Assembly: GCA_010093815.1 (NCBI GenBank)
Contig: ML996588.1
Length of the DNA: 64,000 nt
Direction: 5' to 3' (one strand)
Source: Pseudovirgaria hyperparasitica
Taxonomy: Eukaryota
The notes below the pieces were generated by a model, which made no database searches, was not told the origin of the DNA, and saw only the letters and a program-made list of their open reading frames with translations. A program made the translations under genes and the position numbers. Of the stretch, positions 25,120 to 38,122 are shown piece after piece; position 1 is the first letter of the stretch, and every line of letters begins with the position of its first letter.

Positions 25120-28100
25120 CTAAGTGGGATCGCGGAAGAAAGACAAGATATCGAGCCCGAACGATCCCAACGCACGGGACTTTTTGCGCTTCTCCGGGAT
25201 TAAGAGTGCTTCGTCGAGGTCGTCTACCTCAATGCCACGTTTGATGCCTGTTTGGCGTGAGTCTATGCTAATATACAAGGGTGTTCGGGCAGCGGAGTCG
25301 AATACGGTCGGTGTTTGCGAAGATGAAGTGTCGAATCCAGGCACTCTGTTACCAGCTTTCTCCTGAGTGGAGCTGGAATCAGAAGGGTCGGTTACGAAGA
25401 CTGCCGATTGAGAGCCATCGATATTCCGCGATTCCAGCCATTCTTCGTACTCTATTCTGATCCTTGTAGTCTCGTTTTCAACAAAGGCACGATACTGATC
25501 GTCCGTCTCACAACGCTCAGTACAGATCTGGCAGCTGATGTAGTAGGCCTGGGTAACAGCTGCAAAGCCTAGCATCTCAAATTCAGGAAGATTGCTGCCA
25601 ATGAGTTTCGTTTTGTCCCAGTCTAGACAATCTTCACAAAACGCATTTTCGCAGAATCTGCAGCGAAACACCATACCACCCGCCATGTAAGCTTTTCTGG
25701 AACAATGAGTACAGACGTGTTGCGGACAAGAAGTGGCTCCAAATGGTCTGGTCATGGCGGCAAGGTCCACCTCGTCCAGGCACTCAGCGTGGTACGCCCG
25801 CGGGCAGCCAACACAGCAGTGTAGTTCGCCACCGTCCCAACATATGTGACAGATGGATTCATGCTCAATTTCAGGTTTTTTTTCGCGTACTGGCTCTGCA
25901 AGGCGTGGGTCCTTTCCTGCGAGAGTTGGCACCGCTTCCCAATCTCCGCAATCTATGCTCTCTTTACTAACCTCCCACCCGTCGACCGTAACAGTAGTGT
26001 TTTTGCCTTCGCGTCTGTCCGCTCTCGTAATCCCTGGTGGCAGAACAGCATCGATTTCTTTGTCCGTCACCTGTTGTTGAAAATGCTTGCCTTCATATAC
26101 AGCCGTCTTGACCTTCTCCATCTCCGAGAGCCATTTCTCTTCATCCGTGTCTGGTCTACTTGATGCATTATCCATGTTGTGGAAATCAACAGGTTGGTCT
26201 CGACATTTATCAAGCATTGTTTCAACGTCCCACGAAAGCATTTCGTTTACGTCAACCTGTGGACGAGTCAAGGTCTGAGCGCCTCTGCGAAGCAAAGATT
26301 TGAGCTCTGACATGCTTAGTTGTGGCATTGCGTCTGACGCTACTTGTCCATGTGTATTCTTTGACGTCAATCGGCCGTGAATGCTCTGCATTGACTCTGT
26401 AATCTTAGCAGATAGGTAAAGCTTCTTTCGAATTCTACCCATCATTTGCTCTTCGACTGTGCCAGCTGTGCAGATTTTATAGACTGTTACTGGCTGTGTC
26501 TGTCCAATTCTGTGGGCCCTAGCTTCGGCTTGTATGTCTGCTTGGGGATTCCAGTCCTGATCGAGAAAAATAACTTCGGTCGCGGTGGCCAGATTGATGC
26601 CTAGTCCGCCAGCGCGCGTCGATATCAGTATGACATTATGGTTCGGCGTCGTATTGAATAATCGTATCGCCAAATCTCGACGGGCTCGTGAAGTACTGCC
26701 GTCCAAGGTTAAGTAGTTGTGCTCCGCTCCATCTCGGAAGCCCATGAAAGCAAGGACATCCTCCACGCACTTGAGCACACCTAGGAAGCCTGAGAAAATC
26801 AACACCTTCTTCCGTTTCTCAAAAACAAGATGTTGAAGCAGCTTCCGTAAGACAATGAACTTGCCTGAAGCCAGCACGATATGTTCTCCTACCAAGTAGC
26901 CATCAGGCGCAGCGTTCGGCAATTGATAGGGGTGTGTGCAGCATTTGCGAAGCTGCATGATGAGGTTCATTAATCTCGTCCAAGTTGACTTAGTTGAGGT
27001 AGCTTCTTGCTCGGCTTTCTCTAGTTCCAGAGCAGTTTCCATAATTTCTCGGCTTTCTCCCCAGCCATAGTCGAAAGCACTACGCTGATGGGCCGCTTCA
27101 CTATGTGATTCTCTTGCTTGCAATAATAGCTCAACCTTTGTTAATCTTTCTTGCTCCAATATCTCAACCCGCAAAGCCTTTTCTTCTTCTTGTTTCACGT
27201 CGGAAAAGAGATCGTCTAGTATGGCATCACCGGCCTTGGTAAGAAGTCGCATATACCAAAACTTTTGCATGGGTGTTAGTGGTACATAGAGTAGCACTTC
27301 TGTTTTTGGAGGTATGCCTAGATTGACTCCTGGTGAGTTTTTCAACCTTCGGAGCATAATAACTTCCAATAGTCTTCTTGCGTGGTCCATGACTTGCGTG
27401 CTGACATTCCCTTTGGATAGATCAAAGGCGTCACGGAACAAGTCTGCAGTTCTGTCGACAAAGACGTCCGGATAGAGCCAGTGAAGTAATGCCCAGAGCT
27501 CTGTCAAATTGTTCTGTAGTGGTGTACCAGTCAGTATGAGTCTGTACTCGGCCTTCAGGGTTTGGAGTGCGCCAGCGATAATCGTTTTGTTGTTCTTGAT
27601 TTTGTGTCCTTCGTCAAGGATCACGTAGCGCCATACAAACGATGTTTGGAACCACGATTTTTGTCTAAGGAAGATATCGTACGTGGTAACAATAATGTCG
27701 AATTCTCCGATCTGCTCGCCGTCAAGTTTCAAAGCTTTACGAGACTTTGCGATCTCGTTGCCGAAGCGATCGTCGAGCCCTGTAGCAACCCTCTTAAGCG
27801 ACATGCGCTCCTCTGCCGTTCCATGCAACTGTATGATCTTAAGCTTCGGTGCCCATTTTCGCACCTCTGATATCCACGAGGACAACACACTAAGAGGACA
27901 TATCACAAGATAAGGTCTTCTTTCTTCGAGATGGTTGACGGGGTGTTCATTTTCAATGAATTGCATCAGGGCGATTGTTTGTAAGGTTTTCCCGAGGCCC
28001 ATCTCATCACCAAGGATCCCGTTCATACCGTTGCGATATAGATAGACTAAGAACGATAGACCCGTCAATTGATATGGCTTCAGTGTTGCTGTAAGGCCTG

Positions 28101-28689
28101 CAGGCTGTTTGTCCAGCTCTTCGTAGGTGAATGTATCAGGTGCGTTGCCGCCAGCCGTGTGTGAAAGCTTTGTTATGTAATTGCTGTGTGGCAATAGCGG
28201 CTTGAAGTAGCTCTGGTGTTCTAGCAGGAACTGGTCTCGTCTTTTGATCGTGTTCATTTCTATGTCTTGACGTACACGGTTTCGAGCAGTGTTGGCCTTG
28301 GCGACCATGCCATGCTTCGTACGTTTCGGCCTCATTGTATCAGATATTAGGATTGTTTTAGTCTTGCGTCTTTTAGCCTTGCTAAGATCCTTGCGATAGC
28401 GTTCTAGTTTGAGAGCCTTTTTCACATGGTCTTGCGCACGACGAATTTTGGATAGACGTGTACCGACTCTCGACGACTTCCTCTCGATCAAAGGATATGA
28501 TGGACGTTGCAGTGCTGATGTGGGGGTTTTTGAGGGTATCTCAACGTGGGAGAATCTCCGAATTTGTGTTGCAGATGGATGGCTCCCGACCGAGCTGAAT
28601 TGTGCTAGTAGATCTAAAGCGTGCGTCTGGCGTCGCTTCGGCGGCATGGCTGCGATTGGTGACGGTTGCGGATTTGCCATTTTGTTCAT
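25120..28689 (-). CDS. SNF2-family chromatin-remodelling ATPase (ISWI-like core) with C-terminal PHD and Cys/His-rich zinc-binding region
   Basis: Uninterrupted ORF with DEMGLGKT, DEGH, TGTPLQNN, QLRKCCTHPY, STRAGGLGINL and QAEARAHRIGQ. C-terminus has CHICWDGGELHCCVGCPRAYHAEC and CPQHVCTHC...CRFC...CEDC. First in-frame ATG at 28689. Confidence 0.92.
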   Translation of the reverse strand: MNKMANPQPSPIAAMPPKRRQTHALDLLAQFSSVGSHPSATQIRRFSHVEIPSKTPTSALQRPSYPLIERKSSRVGTRLSKIRRAQDHVKKALKLERYRKDLSKAKRRKTKTILISDTMRPKRTKHGMVAKANTARNRVRQDIEMNTIKRRDQFLLEHQSYFKPLLPHSNYITKLSHTAGGNAPDTFTYEELDKQPAGLTATLKPYQLTGLSFLVYLYRNGMNGILGDEMGLGKTLQTIALMQFIENEHPVNHLEERRPYLVICPLSVLSSWISEVRKWAPKLKIIQLHGTAEERMSLKRVATGLDDRFGNEIAKSRKALKLDGEQIGEFDIIVTTYDIFLRQKSWFQTSFVWRYVILDEGHKIKNNKTIIAGALQTLKAEYRLILTGTPLQNNLTELWALLHWLYPDVFVDRTADLFRDAFDLSKGNVSTQVMDHARRLLEVIMLRRLKNSPGVNLGIPPKTEVLLYVPLTPMQKFWYMRLLTKAGDAILDDLFSDVKQEEEKALRVEILEQERLTKVELLLQARESHSEAAHQRSAFDYGWGESREIMETALELEKAEQEATSTKSTWTRLMNLIMQLRKCCTHPYQLPNAAPDGYLVGEHIVLASGKFIVLRKLLQHLVFEKRKKVLIFSGFLGVLKCVEDVLAFMGFRDGAEHNYLTLDGSTSRARRDLAIRLFNTTPNHNVILISTRAGGLGINLATATEVIFLDQDWNPQADIQAEARAHRIGQTQPVTVYKICTAGTVEEQMMGRIRKKLYLSAKITESMQSIHGRLTSKNTHGQVASDAMPQLSMSELKSLLRRGAQTLTRPQVDVNEMLSWDVETMLDKCRDQPVDFHNMDNASSRPDTDEEKWLSEMEKVKTAVYEGKHFQQQVTDKEIDAVLPPGITRADRREGKNTTVTVDGWEVSKESIDCGDWEAVPTLAGKDPRLAEPVREKKPEIEHESICHICWDGGELHCCVGCPRAYHAECLDEVDLAAMTRPFGATSCPQHVCTHCSRKAYMAGGMVFRCRFCENAFCEDCLDWDKTKLIGSNLPEFEMLGFAAVTQAYYISCQICTERCETDDQYRAFVENETTRIRIEYEEWLESRNIDGSQSAVFVTDPSDSSSTQEKAGNRVPGFDTSSSQTPTVFDSAARTPLYISIDSRQTGIKRGIEVDDLDEALLIPEKRKKSRALGSFGLDILSFFRDPT

Positions 28690-28955
28690 TGTTTGACCGA
28701 TTTGGCGGGACAATGGGATACGCTGCAAGGACTCTTAGCAATACGTTCAAGTGAACAGGCGAAACGTGTGACGCCGGTACGTACCCCTGTGCTTCTTACG
28801 ACTTCTCAAGTGAACAAAGGCGCCTATCAGGCGATCAAATGTGAGTGATGTGTCTGACTTCCATGGGGTACGTAAAGCAACGTTCGCGGATAAATGAACA
28901 GTTACTGAAAATATGACCTTCGGAAGCCTGTCACTCAACCTTGCCTAGTAAGAAG

Positions 28956-28976
28956 TCGCGTCTTTGACGCGTCAAA
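28956..28976. promoter_or_regulatory. MCB-like (ACGCGT) site in the perfect palindrome TTTGACGCGTCAAA within the SNF2/Clr2 divergent promoter
   Basis: 14-bp palindrome at 28963-28976 plus adjacent TCGCGT. Confidence 0.5.
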
Positions 28977-29142
28977 TTATACGCCTTAAGGTTCTAGAAC
29001 TAAATCCGAATCTCCGAGCGCACGGACACCTCACCATCTTCCAAGGCCGTATCTTCATTCCACCCCAACCGCTCATTCTGCGCCAGCATCTCTACCCCAT
29101 CGTCGCTTCAGTCATGTCTATGCGCCTGACCTAGCTTCAACA

Positions 29143-31145
29143 ATGACACGCTTCTATCCCATTTACGTGCGGCGTTCGGATGGGAAGCTGGAAGTTTCAG
29201 GCAAGAATGGCAGACTACGCGACCGGAATGGCCCATCAGCTGAGCAGCTCGACAGCACACCGAACAACAAAGGAATTTCCGACTACTATCGCGAGATTGG
29301 CGCGGAAGAAACAAAACATATTGATTGGAGGAGGAAGCTTGCAGGTATGCTTGTCAGGCAGATTGGGCAAGACAAGCTACACCAGGGTAACACATTGTCT
29401 TTTTGCCCGCTTCCATGTCATCACTGACCAGCACAGAAAGACAAACCACAAGCATTCTCGTCGCGCTTCCTGATAACTACCGTCTCTATGAACACATAAA
29501 ATCTCGAACGACAGATGGAGAAGCTCCAAAGAAGAATCATGCGGGAGGAGGACATGACCGGCAAGACGCGTACCTTTATGGCCATCCGATGGGTCCGAAG
29601 AAACGCTTTCGGAGCCCGGCAGACTTTTTCCCTCACCTGCTTTGGCTTTGTACAGATGTCAATGGTAACACCGATAATTGCTCGTGCAAGCTATGCTGCC
29701 CCGAAGAGATTGAAGAGAAGAAGGCTCCGCAGGCCGCGCAGTCACCCATCAATAAAGAAGAGCCCGAGGTGATGCCAGAGCCAAAAGACATTTTGCCACC
29801 ACAGGGAACCATAAATGAATCATCAAATCGATCTTTATCCAATCTGCCGTCTCTAGTGCGCAAACAGTCCCCTGTGCCACAGTTGGCAACTACTCCTCCC
29901 ACTGTTCCAGCGCCGTCACAGCTCCCAACTCCCCGCTCGATAGACCAGCAGATTGACACATCGTTCAACAAGTTCCACAATCGTACCGCTGAAATAGTCT
30001 GGTTCCAACGTGGCCAGGCGTGGGCCCTCGGAGTGATCACTCGCCGATATAGGACGAAGAATGAGCAACAGCAAGAAGCTCGTCATTATGTAATTCAGCC
30101 ACTATCTTATCCCCTCCACAATCCTCCATTAGCAATTATAACAGACGAAAGCCATCTGCGACCCTGGCTAGCGTGGAGTCCTCCTCCGCTCACACACCAA
30201 TCCATCCACGATCAGCCCATTCGCATTGTACCTTATCACAGCATCGACTGGGTGGGTGTCTCAGAAGGCAAATATGGCCCGGGTGAGGTCGAGGTAGATG
30301 CCAGTATTCTTGCGGCGAAAAGCGTCGAAGACACCTTCACTTTGACTGAACCTCTGAAACGTACTACTTCAGGAGGAGTAGAAGAGAAACGTTGGAACTG
30401 TATCTTTCTAGGGGGCGAAAAGATCTGGCTCGGGGACTCTCTCCGACTGCGTATTGCCCCCGGCAATACCGTCATGGCGCTAACAGAGATTATCGAGCGA
30501 GTGACCAAAAACCAATCAACCTATACACTTGTGGGAGACTTATACTCTCTCGTGGCTCTCAGTGCAACATCTCAAGAGCCGCCTGAAAATCGCAACATCC
30601 CCATACGCATGCGCGAAGACCTAAAATGGCGAAATGGTATTACGAACACCGCGAAGCGTGGTAAAAGCTACTGGAAGCTCATCCAAAACGATTCCCGCCT
30701 ATCTATCAACCAAATCAAGGGCCGATGGTACGAAGACTCATATTTATTGCCTTTGTTGTCGCAAAACAACAGTCAGCTCCAACAGGAACTAGCAAACGGT
30801 CAAGTGACAGAGCAAAACGGGTTCTTGAACTCCAGAGGAGACTCAACGATTCTATACAATAGCCAAGATAATCCAGGAATACGTTGTGCTGACAGAAAAG
30901 ACGCATTTGGAAAGAGTATACCGGCGCATACGGTATTTGCAAGTGGCATCGATCCGCCCGCGCAGAGTCAAAGGACACAACAACAGCAGACGCAACCGCA
31001 AAATTACGAGCCGCAATCACAATCACAGTCACAGTCACAGTCACAGCAACAAGGCCTAGAGCAGTTTGTGAATCTGGATGGTGAAGAAGTCCCTGGGTTT
31101 GGACAGCAATATAGCTCGCAGGGGCAGGAACAAGGGTTTTTCTGA
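29143..31145 (+). CDS. clr2: Cryptic loci regulator 2 (Clr2)-family transcriptional silencing protein, 2 exons
   Basis: RRSDG N-terminus, WRRKLAGML, LPDNYRLYEH, RQDAYLYGHP...FRSPADFFPHLLWL...CSCKLC, FLGGEKIWLGD and IKGRWY. Intron 29387-29436 joins in frame. Confidence 0.88.
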
Positions 31146-32421
31146 TCCACGTATCTACTTGATGTTGAAAGAGCTCAAGTGATACCCAAGATTCGTTCAT
31201 ACGGATTTGTTATGTATCAATACCATGCATAGTGACACATAGATTGCTCGTGCAAGCGGCTCGGCGCAATGAGAAACATCCTGATGACCAGGTAATGTCT
31301 TTGACGCCGACTGACGACGAATACATCAGCATAGATCTCTGATATATGATGGCCGTACTTTCTGTATCTTGATATTAACGATACCCTCTGTGCGCAAGCC
31401 ACACTACCTCAACAACTCACCTGCAAGATTTGTTACGCCTATCTCTACATGCAAAGCCAACTACACAACAGATCAGATAAGCATGCCGACGCCCAGATGG
31501 ACATACATCCCATGCCGGCCACCTAAGAAACCCATTCCATACCTTGGGGTCTTTCCATCAACTTTGGCAGGCCCCCTTGAGCGGTCACCATAACGCATAC
31601 AGTATCGGTCCGGGCCCTGACACGCGGATGACAGCCGCTTGCCCGTCTCATGGGTGGGTCCGCGTGCCGTTTCTAGCCAAGGGCTCCGATGGTTGTTATC
31701 AACAGTACTGGGATTGCTACGAATCCGGCATGCTTTCCATCACACGTAGGTATGCTGAAGACGGGCGTGTGCGGTTTTCATGCACAGAATTGAGAGTGCG
31801 GTTGTGCTAAGTTGCAGGGGACATGAAAAGCATGAGGGGGCACAGAGAGAGTGCTGCACGCAAGGCTGACATTCCTTGTGAACCTTTGGCAAGAAAAATC
31901 AGAAGAATCAAGTCAGATTGAACGTGACCCTGCAATAATTCGATAGCAACTATGCACCGCTCGTGTATCCTTCATTCGACTTCTCCAAAGCCCTCAAATC
32001 GCCCAAACACCGATCCCCCCATGAGGACCCGTTAGACAGGCTGAAGAACGTAACCACACGGTGGCGCAGAACTTGAAAACGGCACACCACTGTGGGTACA
32101 CTTGCGCCATCTGAACCGGTGTTGGTTGGAGTTGAATGGCTTTAGGACGCCAATGATGAGGGCTTGCCAATGAACATGGATGGGAATAATGTTCCATATC
32201 CAGCGCACGTTTAACGAGTGAAGGATGCGAGCGACAGGGGACAGGGTCACCCTTTAATGGGTGACTGTCGTGTCGTGGCTTCCCGGGTACATATAAGAGG
32301 AAGGAGCGCCGACGACTGCCATCGAAATCCTTTCCAAGCTGTTCATTACCTTCCTTCGTTAACTTCCTTGCTGTTGAGTTTCTCGAACACCGCGGTAACT
32401 TCAACGGATCTGAGAGGTCAC

Positions 32422-33982
32422 ATGGCTACAATCGCTGTTGGCGGCCTCGAGCCGTCTCCTGTGCGTTTTCCCGACCTCTTCATGTGAGCTGATTGACTGA
32501 CGGTATTGTGATGTGCAGCCAGAGTACGATGAATCTGCTCCCAGTGGCGGAAATCCGCTGGAAGTCAATGTCAATGACCCGTATGCTCTCCAGGAGTTTC
32601 ACTATACCTATCTCGTCTTCTGTGCATTCATTGTATGGCTCATCATCCCTGGCATTGGTCTCCTCTATGGAGGTCTAGCACGTCGCAAGTCGTCTCTCGC
32701 CCTTTTGTTCCAGTCACTATTGGTTGCTTCAGTGTAAGTCATGTATGTCGAGGAACGAAAGCCTGGACTGATTCGCTGGTGCAGGACCACCTTTCAGTGG
32801 ATGTTCTGGGGCTATTCGCTTGCCTTTTCGCGGACCGGAAATTCCTTCATCGGCGACCTGAAGAACTTTGGTTTGATGGGTGTCGGTGTGGCTCCTTCGC
32901 CTGGGTCGGCCTATATCCCCGAAGTAGTGTTCTGCCTCTACCAGATGTTCTTCTGCGCCTGTACGGTACAGATCGTTATCGGTGGAGCGTTCGAGCGTGG
33001 CCGCATCGTCCCCTCCCTCGTCTTCTCTTTCTTATGGGCTACTATCGTATACTGTCCGATTGCGTGCTGGACCTGGAACTCGAACGGATGGCTCTATAAC
33101 CTTCCATCTCTCGATTATGCTGGAGGTGGTCCAGTACATATAGCCAGCGGCTGGTCTGCTCTCGCATATGCGTTTGTCCTTGGCAAGCGCAAGCACCACG
33201 GCGAGAAATCCCATCACAAGCCTCACAATACCACACTAGTTTTCCTGGGTACCGTATTGATCTGGTTTGGGTGGTTTGGCTTCAACGGAGGTTCCGCACT
33301 GAACGGTACTGTACGTTCCATGTATGCGGCCTTCAATACAAATACTGCTGCATCAACTGGTGTTCTCGGCTGGGTCATCATCGACTTTATTCGGACAGGG
33401 GGAAAGTTCTCCGTCGTTGGTGCTTGTGAAGGAGCCATCGCTGGATTGATTGGGATTACGCCTGCTGCAGGATTCACATCACTATGGACTTCTGCATTGC
33501 TTGGTTTTATCACTGCGGTAGCCTGCAACTCGGTCAAGAACCTGAACAAGTGGATTGGAATTGATGAAGGTATGGATGTTTTCAAACTTCACGGTATCGG
33601 TGGAATGATTGGTTCCTTCTTGACTGGGATATTCGCCCAACAATGGGTGGGCGCACTCGACGGTACATCTACTGGGTACTCGGGCGCTATGGATGGTGTC
33701 GGTATACAGGTTGGACGTCAGCTCGCGGAGATTGTTGCAATTGGTGCCTATGCTTTCACGGTTTCATGCATACTACTTTATATCTTGAAGTACATCCCGG
33801 GCATGAATCTGAGGGTTAGTGAAGAGGCGGAGATGATCGGTTTGGACCTGGACCAATTCTTTGACGAACAGATAGGTGATTGGACCATGGTCGAGCAGCA
33901 CGCTGCCATCAATGATTCGATAACCCCAAGCAGTCAGCACAGTATCAAGCAGACCTCAGAGATTCCTAAGAAAGCTGCTTAG
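32422..33982 (+). CDS. Ammonium transporter (Amt/Mep family), 3 exons
   Basis: IIPGIGLLYGGL, FQWMFWGYSLAF, ERGR, DYAGGGPVH, WFGWFGFNGGS, GITPAAGF and DVFKLHGIGG. Two GT-AG introns at the 5' end. Confidence 0.95.
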
Positions 33983-34080
33983 ATATAGGCTACGAGGTGG
34001 TCGATCTGGTCTTGTCAACGATTTTTTGGAGCGATTTCCCTTAGTACCTCGTAAGCTCCTTGATCAGATCTATGCCACCA

Positions 34081-37000
34081 TCAAACGGCATTTATTTTCT
34101 CGACAATTGTTTTTAATCGTACTGGAGACTGTGACCAGTCATATTTCTCGAGCTCACCGTTCTGGGTGATGCAGTAGAGAGCCTCAGCGGCTGCAACCCG
34201 AATCTAGGAACATTATCAGCGAGTCTATTAGGCCTTATAATGCAAGGCACGTACCTTAGGAAACGGATGGACAAGCATGCTCTTTATCTTAATCAGCACT
34301 AATGCCCTAATACTCTCAACCTCTGCAAGCCCACGATACAGCTCCAAAGCCAAACACAGCTTATGCATTTGCGTCGACTTGAAGTGACTCTTCTGTACCA
34401 AGCTAAGTAGCGTACGCCACTTAAACTCCGTACTGGCAAGGCGACACATGACACGCATGTCGAACAAGAATGTCAGACTCTCCATCAGCGGGAGAAGAAC
34501 TCTGTCGTTACTCACATGCTGCTGATAGACGTCCACTAGAGAGTCACCGAATTCGAGCAATGCGAACGTGTCTGGACTGGACGTGCTGGATGCGGGGAAG
34601 TCGGTCAGAGTGGCGATGAGCGCCATGCGGGATGCCTGCACGACAGACTCGGACGCCATGCCCATTGCTGAGACATAGCCTTCGAGGATGGCGGATTTGA
34701 AACGTTTCGAGACGTTAGATTGCAGGAGAGCAAGAAATGCTTTGAAGTATGCATACGAGGACACGCCTTCGGTGGTGACGATCTGGGAGCTGGGGTTCTT
34801 AGTAAGGAGTTCATGCTGTGCAAAAAGGAAGGGCCGTACATATATGAGGACCCGCCGTCGACCAGAGCGAGAGCCTGAGCTGCACGCATGCGGATCCTGT
34901 CCAATTTTTCGAGAGATAGACGGACGACGGAGTCGTAGAGCGGCGAGGAGGCGGGTGAGTCGAGGAATGTACATCGCCAGGCCGATTCTGTGGCGCAGAG
35001 AGCTTCGAGACGGACGAGAGAACCGACGTCGCCGCGCTCGTTGATCGTGTAGTCATTGAGAGCGGTATGTAGGGCTTGAGCTATCTTAGAGATCTGATCT
35101 TCGCGGTCTTTGCTTGTCGAGGATGCTACGTCTGCGAAGGTGAGCTGGAGACTTTTGAGGGCGGTGCAGCGGGCTTCGATGTCGACTTTTGGGGTGCATC
35201 GCTCGGTGAGGACTTGAATGATTTGTTGCGGGAGATCTGATGTGGTTGAGAGGTTGTCTGTGGATAGGACGTGGTATGCTGAGCCGAGGGCTAATGTATA
35301 TCCAGCACCTTTTGCACCGGAATAGGATGCGCCTTGCTTGAGAACTGTTAGCCATTCCGTGGTGACTCGAGCCAGGTCGCTGATAGTTGCAAGTAGAACG
35401 TTCTCGACTGCGCTTGGAGCCATCCCCAGGATGTCTTTCTCGTCTCGTCGAAGGCACCAGTTCAGATGGCGCTGGAGGGTGCGGGCATCTAAGTCTAGGT
35501 TTGGCTGCTGTCCATAGATGACGTGTGAGAACTTCGCCATGGAGGAAATTAAAGAGCAAACGGCAAAAGCGGTAAGCTCAGGACGGGAGATGGTCGAGCT
35601 GAAGTCTTTCTCTTGCAGCTTCAGGCTACTGAGAATGTCCCAAGGCGACAATCGGCGGAGATCATCCATACCTCTTTGCAGTGCTTGAACACCCTTCACC
35701 ACTGCGACGCACCCTTCGTGTTGCATGACACACCTGTCAATTATTGCGGACAGAGTCATCATAGTACCGTGACGCCCTTCCACATCTCTTTTTGGCAGTA
35801 CCAACAGCTGCCACTTGACCTGTTGGAACATCGATGCTACCGTCTCAATATCCATGAATGAGCTCAAAGAAGCAATTCCAACCGAACTTGAAATACGAGA
35901 AGATGCATCAACAGATCCGACCCCACGCCACCCCAAGAAATTATCATAAAGTCCCTGCCAATAAAGAACATCAAGTCTGGCTGCTTGTATGGCTACAGTA
36001 CGCAAAGCACGGTCGCGGAGGCCAACAGCATGAAAGTCAACGATCTGGACTAATGGTATGCCCTGGATGATGGTGTCTGGATGTCGACCGACCAATTCTT
36101 GCAGCGCAGCAGAGGATCCTCGCCGGATGTTGCCAGCAGGGTCGAGGCATGCTGCGACTAGAAGCTCGATAGCAAGGAACTGGACGACGGATATGTTGCC
36201 GTGTTTCCTTATATCGGCCGCCTTGATGTCGACTGTGCGCACACCAGATAAGTCTGAAGCTGCATATCTCCGTGACATTGCCCAGATTCCAAAGCACGCA
36301 GCGTCTCTTACATTCGTCCCAATCGAGCTTCCGGTCGACGACCGTTGCTCGAAATTTAGCGCCAGGAGTAGAGCATTGAGGATATCCGCAAGCTGGGAGG
36401 TTGGCGGTGCTTTCCGATAGAGCAAATGTGCAAGCGTCAAGGTGAGGCCATGCCATCTCAGGGGGTTGACTGCGCTGAGGTCCCTTTCTGAATCATGCCA
36501 AAGCACGTCCTCTGCAAGAGATCCAATGACTGCCTCAACGACCTCCTCGGCAAGTACAGGGTCGAGTTTTAGGGTGATTGTACTCAGAGCTTTACTTGCT
36601 GCTAGCCTCACCGGAGTATCTCCATCAGCCAGAGCTTGGAGCAGGTGATCGATAACCTCTTCCAGGATCGCAGAGAGGTCGATACCTGGAAGCATAGCCT
36701 CGTTCTGCACCCCATGAACGACGATTGTGCGAAAACACTTGATGAGTAGCTTTCTGGCTACAGCAGATGCTCGGACAGCGGACAGATGAGGCGAATCGAG
36801 GACATTCTGGCTGGTCTGGTATAGCGCGGGAATGAACGTTCCAATTTCTTCGGCAGTACCAGAAGAGAGCAGTTGGCTAAAGAATGTGAGTACGCCAAGG
36901 TAGCCATGAATCGCTGAGACTTCGCTCGATGAATGTGTGAAGAAATCAAGCGACCACTGGATCATCGAGCGCAGGAGCCCGATCTTACGCATATCTGGTC

Positions 37001-37779
37001 TCAAGATGAGTCGAACGAGAAGTCTGCTTGCCGCATTACGCTCTTTTGTCGCAGAGCTCATATACTTGATACATAATGGGAGAACACGGAGAGGTACACT
37101 AGAGAGTGTTTGCGGCAGTTTTGGATGATCTAGTGATGTTTTCTCTTGAGTAATGGCAGTGGAGGAGATAGTCGCCAAGTCGAATGGAGCCAGCATCAAA
37201 TGAGACAGCCAAAGCAGAAGAACATACCGCTCTTGCCACGCGGATGCAGTCGTTATGTCTGAAGCTCGATCGTCATCGTGGCTCAAAATTTCGAGCTGCG
37301 ATAGAATGGTTTCTAAATATCGTGGTTCGTTGTTCAGAAAACCAACAATGACTTTCTGGCCGCGTACTTTACAGAACACATCGATGATCAGTCCTATGGC
37401 ACTGGAAAGCTGCACCTGTTGAGAGACTTGCTTATGTCTAGGGCTGTACTGTAGATACAGCAGGTATGCTTCGACCAATGGCGGAATAAGATACTTCAGG
37501 TGCGAGTCTAGTAATTGGGGGTCTTCCTGGAATGGGCTTATCTACCAGGGATCAGCAGTAGTCCGTATGAAATAGTGTCTCGAGCATTCCATTCGTGAGT
37601 CATACTAAAGCAAGGACTCGGTTCAAGTCTCGTTCCTTGATGCTATGGTGGACCGAGATTGTATGCGAGTTTGATTGGGACTTCTTCCAAAGACAGCGGC
37701 CCAAGAGAGTCCTCAGCTCAAGAAGATAAGAGCCAGAAGCCCGTTGAAGTTCGATGTCTTCCTCATGGGTAGACACCAT
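34081..37779 (-). CDS. TBCD: Tubulin-specific chaperone D (tubulin folding cofactor D), multi-exon
   Basis: KVRGQKVIVGFLNNEPRYL, WQERYVLLLWLSHLMLAPFDL, WHGLTLTLAHL, GTNVRDAAC, NIRRGSSAALQELVGRH and DYTINERGDVGSLVR. Last exon IRVAAAEAL...INAV* ends at TGA 34081. Confidence 0.93.
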
Positions 37780-37922
37780 ACTCAATCAGCCGGACACTTA
37801 CCACATGAGAGGTTGAGTGATGTATCTTGGGTTGTTCAATATTGTACCGTAGGAGTAAGGCTGTATCCGCGCCGTGCCAAGCATTTGTAGAGATCGGATC
37901 CTACCATCCAATCCCGCTACGC

Positions 37923-38122
37923 GAGGGTTCCTCAAGCGTCCAGCGTATAAATGCGTATTTATACGTACAAAATGTAACGTCTGCGTACGGAATGTAACGT
38001 ACAGACTAAGCAGGTCAGCAGATCCAGACGCTCTATATGATTTTATATGGGGCGTTCGGATCGAGGGATACCCGAGACTTACCGAGTACATACCACACTT
38101 ATTTGTCTTTATTTATCTTCAT
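37923..38122 (+). repeat. Left TIR of MULE
   Basis: Reverse complement of ~49408-49617. Confidence 0.9.

Noticed and set aside
31015..31047. (CAGTCA)n microsatellite
   Set aside because: Ordinary Gln-Ser low-complexity coding repeat in the Clr2 tail.
25124..37128. Many short antisense or overlapping ORFs in the track
   Set aside because: They are shadows of the SNF2, Clr2, Amt and TBCD coding sequences.
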